Source: Lytechinus pictus (taxonomy: Eukaryota). From it: a DNA stretch of 64,000 nt. The stretch spans positions 20,090,001 to 20,154,000 of the forward strand of contig NC_087250.1 of the NCBI RefSeq assembly GCF_037042905.1, in the 5' to 3' direction. The translations under genes were made by a program, and so were the position numbers. Positions 24,376 through 36,556 of this stretch are shown in pieces (the first letter of the stretch is position 1; each line of letters starts with the position of its first letter). The notes below the pieces were generated by a model. It saw nothing but the letters and a program-made list of their open reading frames with translations. It did not search any database and was not told the origin of the DNA.

Positions 24376-24510
24376 ATCACTTCAGTAATATGCTGCATAT
24401 TTACAGGTTGTTGTTGTTGTTGCTGTTGTTTCTGTTGTTTCTGTGGATGCTGTGGATTATGTAGTAAATGTCGACCGTCAGACGATGATGAGGATATCCA
24501 AGATGTAGAG
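24376..24510 (+). CDS. DNAJC5: DNAJC5-like exon 4 (cysteine string)
   Basis: ttccttggtag|ATC...GTA GAG|gtcagt; ITSVICCIFTGCCCCCCCFCCFCGCCGLCSKCRPSDDDEDIQDVE, 16 Cys; phase 0-0; absent from the supplied ORF track. Confidence 0.93.
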
Positions 24511-24516
24511 GTCAGT

Positions 24517-24990
24517 TTATTATTATTATTAGTAGTAGTAGCAAAAGTAGTATTTAGTATTGTTACGGACATTATTATCACTAGTACTACTACTAGTACT
24601 AGTACTACTACTACTACTACTACTACTACTAACGATAGTAGTAGTGTTGGTAGTAGTAGTAGTATGGGTGTGTATTTGAGTTTTGAGTTAGTAGAAGTAG
24701 AAGTAGTAGTAGTAGTAGTAGTACAATTAAGTAGCAGAAGTAGTATGATTATTATTATTGTTGTTGACATTATTGTCATTATCATTATTACCATTACTTC
24801 TACTACTACTACTACTACTATTTTCATTATCATTGTTATAATTATTATTGTTATTATCAATAGTAGTAGTAGTAGAAGTAGTAGTAGTAGACGATCTAGT
24901 AGCAGTATAGTACCATTACCATTATTATTATCATTATTATTATTTCTGTTGTTATTATTGTTTTGTAAATAGTTATTATCATCATTGTTA
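24517..24990. repeat. Compound (TAG)n/(TAC)n/(ATT)n microsatellite field
   Basis: Direct reading. Confidence 0.92.
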
Positions 24991-26048
24991 CGATACTGCA
25001 ACAAATAACAATGGAAATTTAGTTTAAAATATGATTTCCTTTCTTTTATTACTGGAAATATATCAATAAAAAAAAACAAAACATCTTCATGTCTTGAAGA
25101 GTTAGATATGCAATCCAAGGTTATAATAGTCCAAATAAAATCCAAGTCAGTTGGCGAAGATTCCTTTAATTAAAGTTCACAATGATGGCGTTGATGAAAT
25201 TGATATTGAAGCACGATGAAGAACAAGAGTCACTGTAACGAGTTGAAATGTCCGTGAAGACGATGTTGATGATGATTAACAGTCAATTTCAGCAATCCTT
25301 TGGTTGAAAAGCGTTCAATAAAACAGGTTTATGATCTCGATGAGAACTGAGATTTCCTCTCTCAAAGTAATATAACTGCAAACAGTTCATTGATGGTGTG
25401 CAAATAATTCCACAGAAGATAAATGTTGTATTCCAGTTGGAAATAAACTATGCTCTGACATAAAGTCTGGCGTGAAACTCTGAGTTCTGATCTTATATGA
25501 TGATCTCCTTGAAGAAACTGCCAGCTTATATATAAATTATTCACTATTTTGGAAGCTTCTAGTATTCACTATTTTGCAAGCTTCTAGTATTGTCTACAAA
25601 AAGAACATTCTGCCAATTTCTAGAGAAATCTAATTTTAGAAGACTCTTGAACGACCTCGGTGAAATTAACAATGTAAACAACGTAGCTAATCCTATTGTC
25701 CTTTTCACTGCCAGTTGTAGTCTATTGTCTATTGTCTTTGGACATTCCAGAAATAACAAAGATTTCTCAAAGATTACTCATGTCTAACATAGCTTTGTTG
25801 AGACATTCTGGAATATTCTTAATCATTTTATGCTATGAATATCCTTAAAGAGGAAATAACTAAATAAATGAATGCAATTGCTCTTACAATTTTTATACAT
25901 AACATCAATAGTGGCAGAGTTTGTAGTAGCAATAGTAGTAGTTTATAGTAGTAGTAGTAGTTGTTGTAGTAGTAGTAGTAGCAGCAGCAGCAGTAGTAGT
26001 AGTAGTAGTGGTGGTGGTGGTAGTAGAAGTAGTAGTAGTAGTAGTAGT

Positions 26049-26342
26049 GGAGCGTTGTGGCCCAGTGGATTAGTCTTATGACTTGAAACAGAGGGTCGTG
26101 GGTTCGAATCCCAGCCATGTCGTAATTTCCTTCAGCAAGAAACTCATCCACATTGTGCTGCACCCAACCCAGGTGAGGTGAATGGGTACCCGGTAGGAAG
26201 AAATTCCTTGAATGCTTGAGCGCCTATAGGCAGCTCAGCTAAAGCCGGGGTAATAATTATAGCAGGGCCCGCTGGTAGAACAGTTTTCGAAACTGAAGTG
26301 GCTACCCTGGGTAAATATACCTATATTATTATTATTATTTAT
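26049..26342 (+). mobile_element. tRNA-derived SINE
   Basis: A box TGGCCCAGTGG, B box GGTTCGAATCC, central CCCAGGTG...AATGGGTACC block, (ATT)n tail. Confidence 0.9.
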
Positions 26343-26470
26343 TAGTAGTAGTAATAGTAGTAGTGGTAATAGTAGTAGTAGTGGTAATAGTAGTAGTAGT
26401 TGTTGTAGTAGTAGTAGTAGTAGTAGCAGCAGCAGCAGTAGTAGTAGTAGTAGTAGTGGTGGTGGTGGTA

Positions 26471-26506
<36 letters not shown>

Positions 26507-27454
26507 TAGTAGTCTATAATAATAGTAGTAGTTATGATAGACTAGTAGCATCACTATCATCATCATTATTGTTATCATTATTTTATGATTATCACTATTA
26601 CATGTGTTATTGTTATTATTATTAATGATAATAATCGTCAAAATAAAAGTTACAGGATTACTATCAATTTTTAAATGATCAAACGATTAGGGTTATTTCG
26701 CCGCGCGAAATGTTTTGACCGCGCCGCTCTCCGGCCTTTTACTTTCAAGTCTTGCGCATCTTTTGAGATCAAATTTGTGACGGCCGCCCGTGAACACGGT
26801 TCCAAAATAACGCAACATTTTGTAAGTGCATGCATGTCAGAAATTTGTTTTATGCTGTCCCCCAACAAAGTTCAATGAAAAACAATGAAAAACAAAAGGT
26901 CAAAAAACAAAGAAATACCTAAGAAATTGCATAAAACTATATTCATAATACATAAGAAATTCATCTGATATTGCATTTCTTTTTCACGTACATTTGTAAA
27001 AACACTACAAACAGTTTCTACACCAACAAATAATAATATTTAAAGCTTTATTTAGGGAGTTGGAGGAAAGGATATGATTTTGCATAGGCCTACTATTTAC
27101 GCATTTAAATGAGCATAATCAGTCTATAGCAATTAGCATGCAACAAATTAATATACAACAATGTCCCAAACAACCTGCGCGCCAATTTTCGGCGCGATCG
27201 ACGGCAGAGATCTCGAGGAAGGGGGGGGGGGGGCTGTAAAAATACCTTGGCCGAGATAGTGTTAATACCTTGGGGAAAAAAACAATAGCTCATTTAGCAT
27301 TGGAACATGCGATTTTCAATCGTTCGTAAAAACCTGCATAATTTACAAGAATATCCATAAAATCTTCAATTAATAATAGGCAGTCTATTGAAGTCTGTAT
27401 ACGTTGGCCTTATTACATAGAGTATACTGCATCTTATCTCCATTTGTACATCAG

Positions 27455-27571
27455 GGCTTTGATGGAGAGGATGAAACGCCTGTGAGTACCCAACCTCAAG
27501 CCGCGCAAGAGAATGACGTGTTCCTGACTCGTACTACACGGACAAAGAAAGCACATACAGAGTGTTTCTAA
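27455..27571 (+). CDS. DNAJC5: DNAJC5-like probable last coding exon
   Basis: catcag|GGC TTT GAT...TTC TAA; GFDGEDETPVSTQPQAAQENDVFLTRTTRTKKAHTECF*; ETPVSTQP resembles CSP DTPIVIQP; phase 0. A possible internal donor CCT|gtgagt at 27481/27482 makes the 3' end uncertain. Confidence 0.65.
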   Translation, partial: GFDGEDETPVSTQPQAAQENDVFLTRTTRTKKAHTECF

Positions 27572-28527
27572 AAAAAAAAGGTAACCGAAGTTCAAAGGTC
27601 AGCTGTATCAAGAATACATGATTTATTCTTGTGATTTATATTCTAAATTGAAATTGACCGAGTAGCTCATCAACTTTCATTTGACATCTATTTGCTTGCA
27701 TCACATTTGTCACGGTGACAGAGTTAACTTATGGTCCATCGAAGGCAAAGGGTACAAAACCTACTTTTTCCAAGTTTTTGGTTTTAATGTACATACACGA
27801 AACCAACTTGTAAGGTTTCATCAGAGTTTTTTCTTTCAAATTTTAGAGAAATTCTTTCCCAACTGTTTATTATTTGTGAGTGACTGGCATTGACATATCA
27901 ACTGCCTGCTTTCAATCTCTGTCGAACTCGTTATTCATTCAAACCTTTTGCACCAACACATTTAACGTTTCCATAGTACCTTCCCTGTCGACGTTGCAAG
28001 TCTTCTATTGCCCCTCTAACCATTGCGGGATTGTGACAAAGAACGTGTATCTCATGCTAAACATGTGCCTGCAAGTCACCAAGGATGTGTTCAACCAAAA
28101 TTGCAGCAAGACACCAGTTGTGTAACATTCATTCTACAAAAATATGAGAAATGTAACATTTCACTGAAATTTGATGAAACCAAAACCTTCCAACAAAGTG
28201 GGTTTCGTGCATATACATTAAAACGCAAAGCTTGAAAAAAAAAGTTTTGTACCCGTCGCATTTTGATGACCATGGACCTATCCACGGAGGATTATATATT
28301 GTTACTGGTGGTGCTGTGACAATGCTCAGCACTCCCAGTAAACAATAGATTAATCCTCCGTGGATAGGTCCCTGTCTATGATCCGTGACGATTGTGACGT
28401 AAGCATACCAGCATGGTGTCAAATCAAAGTTGATGAGTTACTCAGTTAAGTAGAATAGAAACCACAAGAATAAATCATGTATTATTGATAAAGCAGACCT
28501 TCGGTTACCCTTTTTTAGAAACACCCT
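27558..28527. mobile_element. Tc1/mariner-like MITE with long degenerate TIRs
   Basis: TA-CAGAGTGTTTCTAAAAAAAAAAGGTAACCGAAG ... CTTCGGTTACCCTTTTTTAGAAACACCCT-TA; further complementary blocks inward. Confidence 0.85.
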
Positions 28528-28560
28528 TACGCCAATGAAATCACGATACTATTATCTATC

Positions 28561-28668
28561 TATAGTCCTACTTGTAGAAAGTTTCTCGATTCTAACTATA
28601 GTCCTACTTGTAGAAAGTTTCTCGATTCTAACTATAGTCCTACTTGTAGAAAGTTTCTCGATTCTAAC
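28561..28668. repeat. 36 bp x3 perfect tandem repeat
   Basis: TATAGTCCTACTTGTAGAAAGTTTCTCGATTCTAAC three times. Confidence 0.95.
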
Positions 28669-30040
28669 TAAAGAATGACCTTGTTCCTGGGCGGCACTGC
28701 GCGGGATGATCGCCCTCTGTGAGTTTTTGTTGGTAGGACCGAGAGAATAATAACATAATAAACGGGATACATTGGAAGAAAAGGAAAGAGGGGAAAGGAA
28801 TGGTATGAATAAAGGTAATCGGTCATGCAAATCTCTACATTACAACTGTTATTCAACGGATACAAAAATGACGCCATATTTAGAACCCCCCCCCTTCCTT
28901 CGATTCCATAAGTACCCTGGTATCACCCCTGCCTTGTTTGATATACAATGTTTGATGAAATTCTTTTTACTTCATTCTTTCAATCAACAATGTTGCCGAT
29001 CGCTGTGTAGTATTATACTGATAAAATAATTTTCTGAAATAATTATCATCATGGCAACTTGGTGAATTAAACAGTAATCTCTTTATGCTGTACATATTTT
29101 TATTTGAAAAAAAATCGTTAAAGATCGCAAGATGTCGATTTCCTTTGAGGCCTCATAGGCCTATTAAGTTTTTATATATAATGTCTTCTGTTTATACATT
29201 GTAAAAAGTAGACTCTAATACTATATGGAATTATTTTTATAATACGTACTTAATAATCTGCTTGCTCGCATAAAAGGGGAGAAACTATTTTCATATAAAT
29301 ATATATAATGTACTTTCATATTAACGTTTTCTCTTTCTCTTTATATCCCGAATTACATGATTATAAAAGACTTATTTTAAAATGTCTTTGTACTCTACAG
29401 TAGAATATAGCAGCATTTCGCCTGGGTATTCTCTTTATGAAGATGAAAATGGTAATAATATACTCCAGAATGTATGGCATATAATTTGCGATTTGCGATG
29501 AGTAGCATGCTGGTTTATCTGTATGGCGATAATTTTGGAATAAAAAGAATAAAGTTTCAATGTACATTTACAGTAGGCCGGGGCAATATATAAATTGCCT
29601 CGGCAATATTGAAACAACACCAGTTTGGAATCAAACCGATGCTGTTTAATACTAATTGGTGTTGTATAAACACATATCTGGCGTTAGACCAAAACGGAAC
29701 TGGTGTTGTTTAACACTTCTCTGGTGTGCACATATATAGATTCCAGGACGGTGCTAAATCAACACCGGAGTTTTGCAGTGTAACCCCTTCCTGATAAAGT
29801 CTGTATATTGAGAATCGTTAATTGAATGATCCATCGAAATGATACTTGAATTATGATACTTGAAACGACTATGGAAGCATATTTTACTTCATGATACCAA
29901 GTCGCCATTTGCAAGCATTCGAAAGAAAATAAGAATCAAAGTTAAGTTCCGCATGTACCACGGAGTGTTTTTTATTTTTAAATATAATATTGTATAATGT
30001 ATAAAATGTGCTTCCCGTGTCTGTGTTTTTGTGTGCAACA

Positions 30041-30465
30041 CACTAGCGTACCTAAAGGGGGGTGGGTGGGGCAGGGGGGCAGACTGCCCCTGACGAGTCA
30101 CAACTCATGCAGGGGACCTATCCCTGCCCCCCCCCCCCCTGACGAGTCACAATTGGTAAGAAATCCTTTTTTTTTGTTTGAAGACCTTTTTTTTTTTTTT
30201 TTTTTTTGCTTGTCAAATTTTTTTCTGGTAAGGAATTCTTTTTTTTTTGCTTGTCAAATTTTTTGTGGTAAGAAATCCTTTATTTGTGGTTGGAGACCTT
30301 TCTTTTTTTTTTTTTTTTTTGCTTGTCAATTTTTTTGTGGTAAGAAATCCTTTATTTGTGGTTGAAGACCTTTCTTTTTTATTTTTTGCTTGTCAAATTT
30401 TTTCGTGGACGAAATATCCTCCACAAAATTTGCCCCCCTTCTGGAAAATCCTAGGTACGCCAGTG
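30041..30465. mobile_element. hAT-like MITE with internal T-rich tandem repeats
   Basis: TIR CACTAGCGTACCTA / TAGGTACGCCAGTG; 8 bp TSD GTGCAACA / GTGCAAGA. Confidence 0.85.
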
Positions 30466-30607
30466 GTGCAAGATTATATATTATCTATTTTCTAAGCCAT
30501 GAAAACGTGTGTTTTTTCAGAGAATCATAATTATATGGTATAAACTTATGATTAAAAAAAAAAAATCCATATCAGAAAGAGAGAGAGAGAGTTAAGAGAG
30601 CATACTA

Positions 30608-31248
30608 CACAGCAAAAACTGTGGTGTTAACCGGTGTACATAGAGGACCACACCAGCTATTTTACAACGGTGTTACATTGACAAAGTTCGTTTAACACCT
30701 ATATGTGTTATTACAACACCTTTGGTTCTTACATTCTTTGGTGTTATGTTCAATCTCTAGGGTGTAATTTTAACATCTGAGGATGTGGTTCTCTATTAAC
30801 ACCAACTGGTGTTAGTTTTAACACCACAGTTTTGACAGTGTGCAGAATACGGCAAGAAATAGGAGATCAGCAATGACAATTGTGAGTCGTTCAATCAAGT
30901 AATTCAGATATTGTTTGGTTAGATATTATTTACATTACTTTCATACTAAAAAAAGGTGCTTAAACTATTATTCTGCTCGCACCTCGCATTATACGACTGC
31001 ACTGCAAAAACTCTGTTGTTGATTTAACACCAACCCGGAATCTATATATGTCCACATCAGAGAAGTGTTAAACAACACCAGTTTCGTTTTGGTCTACCAC
31101 CAGATAGGTGTTTATACAACACCAATTAGTAGTAAAACAGCATCGGTTTGATTCCAAACTGGTGTTGTTTCAATACTTCTCTGGTGTGGACATATACATG
31201 TATAGATTCCGGGCTGGTGTTAAATCAACACCGGAGTTTTTGCAGTGT
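30608..31248. mobile_element. Two related CAC(A/T)GCAAAAACT-ended MITEs with internal AACACC repeats (~30608-30841, ~31000-31248); partial relative at ~29617-29782
   Basis: CACAGCAAAAACTGTGGTGTT...AACACCACAGTTTTGACAGTG and CACTGCAAAAACTC...GAGTTTTTGCAGTG. Confidence 0.78.
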
Positions 31249-32670
31249 GGTGACATACATATTATTTTAATGAGTCACTGGAAACCATCATTAACGGATC
31301 GCTTTTCAGATCAGTATATATAAAAATTTTCAGCTCATTCTCGCAATATTCTCTGATGAGTCATTGCAAACTGAAATTACCAGGGGCCTTTTTCAGATCA
31401 GGGTATTGACATCTTTAGCTCGCGCTTCGCGCTCGCATTAATTATTTAGTTAGATACGCACCTTGTGCATGATTATAAAAAACTACTAAAAACTAGAATA
31501 TTAAATATCATATCATTATACATGAAATATAAAGAACGATATTGGATCGCGTTTCCGAGTTCGCGTTATTTCCCGCCTTATCTCTTGTTATCTTGTGTGT
31601 AAGAACAAAACTTGAAATGTTAAAACTTCAGTCTTTTGAGAGGAATGCCCCCTTGAAAAAAAAAGCATTTTGCCGCCAAAGGGGGAAAATGTGAAGTTTC
31701 AAGATTATTTCTCTGATTTCAAATCCAAACATAAAGGATTACAATCAAATAAAATCAACAAATTTTAACAAATTATCAAACAAAAGTTACATTGATAAAT
31801 TATTTTTAGCAATAAACAGAGTCACATATTAAACAAAACGGAAAAGGGAAAAGAACATAACAAAATAAAGCAAAAGAAGAAATGAAACAAAGGGCTGTCA
31901 GAAATTGTTTGACTCCACTATCTGTCACTTTACAGGGCATAATTATTCATAACAAAACAATCATCAGGTACTTATTTGTCGTTCTGATTATCAACTGCAT
32001 AATTTGTTAAATATTTGTAATTGCGCCAATTTGAGGCCATGCTATTAATATACTTGGATCGCAAATCATATATTTTATTTATTCCAGTGAATCCGATGCA
32101 TATTTTAAACATATCCGTTTCTTTGGGCGCTAACAAAAACTTAAATTTTCAACATCATTGTATTCAATGAGATCTGGTATTACGTGTTTTATCTTGTCAA
32201 TCAAATTGGTACTGGGATTATCGAGATTTTTTTCATTGGGTATTAAAGTGATAATGAAAATATTCTTCTGCCAACTCCTGCCCCTCCCTCCATCGGCGAA
32301 AGCTGGATCCGCCCCTGGGTATATGGATTTTTAACTTGCAAACACTGTTAATAAAAACCCTGATTTTACAGGGGAAAAAAGAAGATTTTGCAGAAAGCAA
32401 TAACAGAATCATTCTGTCAATTCATAAAACAGGAATTTTTCTGCAATTTAACAGAACAGGTCTGTTTAAAAGGGGGGAAAGGGGGTTTTATTTAAGGAAA
32501 TTGTTTACAGTAAAGTTAAGTGTGAAGTGAGGTCAGGTGTGGGGGATGAGTTTATTAGAGGGTGAAGAGGGTCGTTTATTGGTCGGCGTTTATACCACGT
32601 GGTCTTAATGTTTTGAGTTTGTGTATCAAATGAGATTCCCTTTTAATGATGGTGTCGTGTTTCTTGTTTT

Positions 32671-32728
32671 TGTCTCACCTGCATAGCAGAGTGAGACTAT
32701 AGGCGCCGCTTTTCCGACGGCGACGGCG

Positions 32729-32779
<51 letters not shown>

Positions 32780-33671
32780 GCGGCGTCAACACCAAATCTT
32801 AACCTGAGGTTAAGTTTTTGAAATGACAGCATAACTTAGAAAGTATATGGACCTAGTTCATGAAACTTGGCCATAAGGTTAATCAAGTATTACTGAACAT
32901 CCTGCCTGAGTTTCATGTCACATGACCAAGGTCAAAGGTCATTTAGGGTCAATGAACTTAGACCATGTTGGGGGAATCAACATCAAAATCTTAACCTAAG
33001 GTTAAGTTTTTGAAATGTCATCATAACTTAGAAAATATATGGACCTAGTTCATGAAACTTATACATAAGGTTAATCAAGTATCACTGAACATCCTGCATG
33101 AGTTTCACGTCACATGACCAAGGTCAAAGGTCATTTAGGGTCAATGAACTTTGGCCGAATTGGGGGTATCTGTTGAATTACCATCATAACTTTGAAAGTT
33201 TATAGATCTGATTCATGAAACTTGGACATAATAGTAATCAAGTATTACTGAACATCCTGTGCAAGTTTCAGGTCACATGATCAAGGTCAAAGGTCATTTA
33301 GGGTCAATGAACTTTGGCCAAATTGGGGTATTTGTTGAATTACAGCCATAAATTTGAAAGTGTGTTGGTCTAGTTCATAAAACTTGGACATAATAGTAAT
33401 CAAGTATCACTGAACATCCTGTGCGAGTTTCAGGTCACATGATCAAGGTCAAAGGTCATGTAAGGTCAAAGAACTTTGGCCACGTTGGGGGTATTTGTTG
33501 AATTGCCATCATATCTCTATAAGTGTATTGGTCTAGTTCATAAAACGTGGAAATAAGAGTATCCAAGTATCACTGAACATCTTGTGCGAGTTATAGTAGT
33601 TTTCAAAATCAGCACTGCTGCTATATTGAATCGCGTGATGCAGGTGAGACGGCCAGAGGCATTCCACTTGT
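32671..33671 (+). mobile_element. Helentron/HINE-like element with satellite array, copy 2
   Basis: Same ends and repeat unit as 13369-15302 with fewer units and longer (GGC)n; inserted in a T6 run of the Penelope inverted arm with only 2 extra T and no longer TSD. Confidence 0.88.
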
Positions 33672-33849
33672 TTACTATTTTGATGGCAGTGATGTTAATG
33701 TTGTGTACTGTATGTCCGTTTACTTACTAGTAAACGCTAAATCACCACAAATGGCAACAGAAAATCACAACGGAAACAACCAAACAAATAATCATAACAC
33801 CAGTGACACGACATGCACCTTTATCACAGACACGTCAACACCAGAGCTA

Positions 33850-34285
33850 GGGTTCTACAAATGCAAAGCAAAAAAAATGTTCACTTCACCATCACATCCA
33901 AGAAACAACCACATTCACAAGTTCAGTCACTGGACAAAAATTCAACATACGCGATCACATAAACTGCAAATCCTCATGGGTCATCTACTTCCTAACATGC
34001 ACTAAATGCAACATGCAATACGTTGGAAAGACTGAAACAACACTATACCCACGACTAAATAACACTAGATCAGAAGTAACTTATTACAACAAAAACAAAC
34101 CCAACAGCAAAACCCTCCCATACACCATACATTTTAACCTTCCCGGACATACAGTACACAACATTAACATCACTGCCATCGAAATAGTAAAAAACAAGAA
34201 ACACGACACCATCATGAAAAGGGAATCTCATTGGATACACAAACTCAAAACATTAAGACCACGTGGTATAAACGCCGACCAATAA
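33850..34285 (+). pseudogene. Penelope GIY-YIG endonuclease domain
   Basis: INCKSSWVIYFLTCTKCNMQYVGKTETTLYPRLNN...HFNLPGH...RESHWIHKLKTLRPRGIN; frameshift in A7 run near 33870. Confidence 0.9.
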
Positions 34286-34550
34286 ACGACCCTCTTCACC
34301 CTCTAATGAACTCATCCCCACACACCTGACCTCACTTCACACTTAACTTTACTGTCAACAATGCACTATATACTTACGGACCTTACGGTAACTATATATT
34401 CTATACTTCGTTACATATTGACTCACCATTACCTTATATGAATAATTGGTTATTATTTATGGACTATAATTACTAATCTCCGTTATATATTGCATTGTAT
34501 TTATCATTGTTATTAGTAGGCCTATATTTTGTATTTTATATATTGGTTTA

Positions 34551-34590
34551 GATCCTGATGAAGGGCATGTGCCCGAAAGCTTGATGAAGA
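34551..34590 (+). ncRNA. Minimal hammerhead ribozyme motif of the Penelope pLTR
   Basis: CTGATGA-A-GGGC-ATGT-GCCC-GAAA-GCTT; palindromic AAGCTT in stem III position; ~270 bp downstream of the GIY-YIG stop. Confidence 0.75.
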
Positions 34591-34682
34591 CTGGTATTGA
34601 CCTTGCTACGACCCTCTCCATATTCTTGATCTCAAATATTATTATGAAGGAGACCCGTACACGTACATCGCCAAGATTGATC

Positions 34683-34713
34683 ACACACACACACACACCC
34701 TCACACACACACC

Positions 34714-34752
<39 letters not shown>

Positions 34753-34778
34753 GTATACATATATATATTTATATACAT
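34683..34778. repeat. (CA)n(TA)n microsatellite
   Basis: Direct reading. Confidence 0.93.
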
Positions 34779-36556
34779 AAGATCGCACTTTGCGTTCGCA
34801 TTATTTATTTAGGCCCTGTGAGATACCTTCATTGTGTTTTTGAGAATAAATTTAAGATTTTCTGTAACTTTCGTCTGTAGACCGAAACAATTATCTTGGT
34901 GCCCCCTACCAAAGTTTAAGCCGCCCCCCCCCCCCCGTGCGCCCCTGCTGAATAAATCCCAGCTACTCAACTGATGAGGAGATTGAGTTGTTTGCCTCCG
35001 AGATTGCACTATTTCCAAGAGGTTATCAATAACATTATTGAAGAAAATTCTAAAACGATTCGTATGAAATGACAGCTCCCGCTCACACAATTCTAGTAAG
35101 CCGGGCCCCTCTATGAAACCACCAATTGCTTCAAACAGAAAATTAATTGATTTTTTTCTTCATGAACACATATCATTAAAAAGAATCGGCATGCGTATTA
35201 CTCATGGCATAATCTAAGAAACTATAAGATCAACTTTCACGAGAAATCTCGTAACTAATTGATTATTGTTTCTTTTATTATTTTCTCTTTTTTCATTTTC
35301 ACACAATCTCATTAGTTGTAATCGATTACCTGTACTGAACCAATTCATTAGAGCATGGATCTATGCTTGTAGTTCAATTTCTATATTATTTTTGTTTAAT
35401 TTTCACAACTCACACATATCATTTATATTACACATGATAATATATATTTTAAAACATTCTATATTCTAAGACAACAATGTTAAAGTAAACAAATTATAAA
35501 AAAAAATATGTGATATTAACTAGCATAATTATTAATATAAGAGTATATATAATTTTCACATTCAAGACCTCATTCATTCTACGAAACTTAGCAAATTAAT
35601 ATAATTATTTTGGCAGTGGACTGCATACGGTATGCGTTCACTAATTTTAGGATAGACAGGCATACTGTAAAGAATTCGGCAAGTCAGATTACCGAAATGT
35701 CTGTGTAGATATATGATGAAACATGTGACAGAAAATTCTGGAGAAAGTTGTGTAACTGCTGAGATAAAAAGCTAAACATGCATGACATTTTTTTAAAATC
35801 AATATCTTTCCTCGGAACGATCATTTTCTTCGCCAAATTTTGCCTGAATGTGCAACATACGAAGGGAGTTTCAGAAACAACGAAAATTCAAAATTGACTG
35901 ACGTGTCTCTTGCTTCGTTTTGCGAAAGTTGAGCAAAATAGTCAACATTATGAAAAATGGTCACTAGAATAGTTATTTGTTAAAAAGTATTCTAATACTT
36001 TACTAGTATGTTTAAGTTTCTAATATTTATTAAATATTTATTAAATAAATAATTTTGGCAGTGAATCTCGTACGTTTTGAGATCACTATATTAAAGAAAA
36101 TTGAATTCATTGGAAAATTCAAGAAAACTTGTGCAAAATCAGAAAATCAAAGAAACCGATCAATAATTCAGTTAATAATGAGAAAGTTATGAGAATTTGA
36201 AGTTTAAATCTTTATTGTAATATAGATCCTCCCATTGGCAATGCGACAAAAAACTGTGATGTCACATGTGAACAACTTTGCCATTACTTTTGTATATACA
36301 CTACTCAAAAAAAGTTAAGGACCACTTTTTAAAACGTACATAAAGATTTTATACAAGGTGTTTTATTTCTGGAAATACCTCAGTACAACTGTCCTAAATG
36401 TCCTTAAACACGCTGTAATCAATTTCACGCATGGGTGGTTTCAGTTGTTGCACAATGTCTCTCGCATCACTGCACATCCTGAAATGTGGGCCCCGAGGGG
36501 TATCAGCTACCGACATGAAGTGGTAAAAACGAATGTCTGAGTGTCTTTCAGGCAGT

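Larger units (their letters stand above)
32506..34630 (+). mobile_element. Penelope-like element remnant: 5'-truncated GIY-YIG 3' end preceded by an inverted copy of its own 3' region
   Basis: 32506-32670 and 33671-33718 are the reverse complement of ~34144-34356; GIY-YIG coding remnant and hammerhead motif downstream. Confidence 0.88.

Noticed and set aside
24324..25145. 273 aa minus-strand ORF and similar ORFs at 12806-13169, 24664-24972, 25828-26641
   Set aside because: Translations of trinucleotide microsatellites; the real coding signal here is the plus-strand cysteine exon
25145..25830. Possible decayed coding relic in DNAJC5-like intron 4
   Set aside because: Stops in the frames I tried and no recognisable motif; needs tblastx
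26049..26120. tRNA genes at SINE heads (also ~40018, ~56345, ~63110)
   Set aside because: No complete cloverleaf; each continues into a SINE body
31352..31378. CTGATGAG...GAAA hammerhead-like string (also CTGATGAG at ~34972)
   Set aside because: No adequate stem II or flanking stems; part of a degenerate internal repeat
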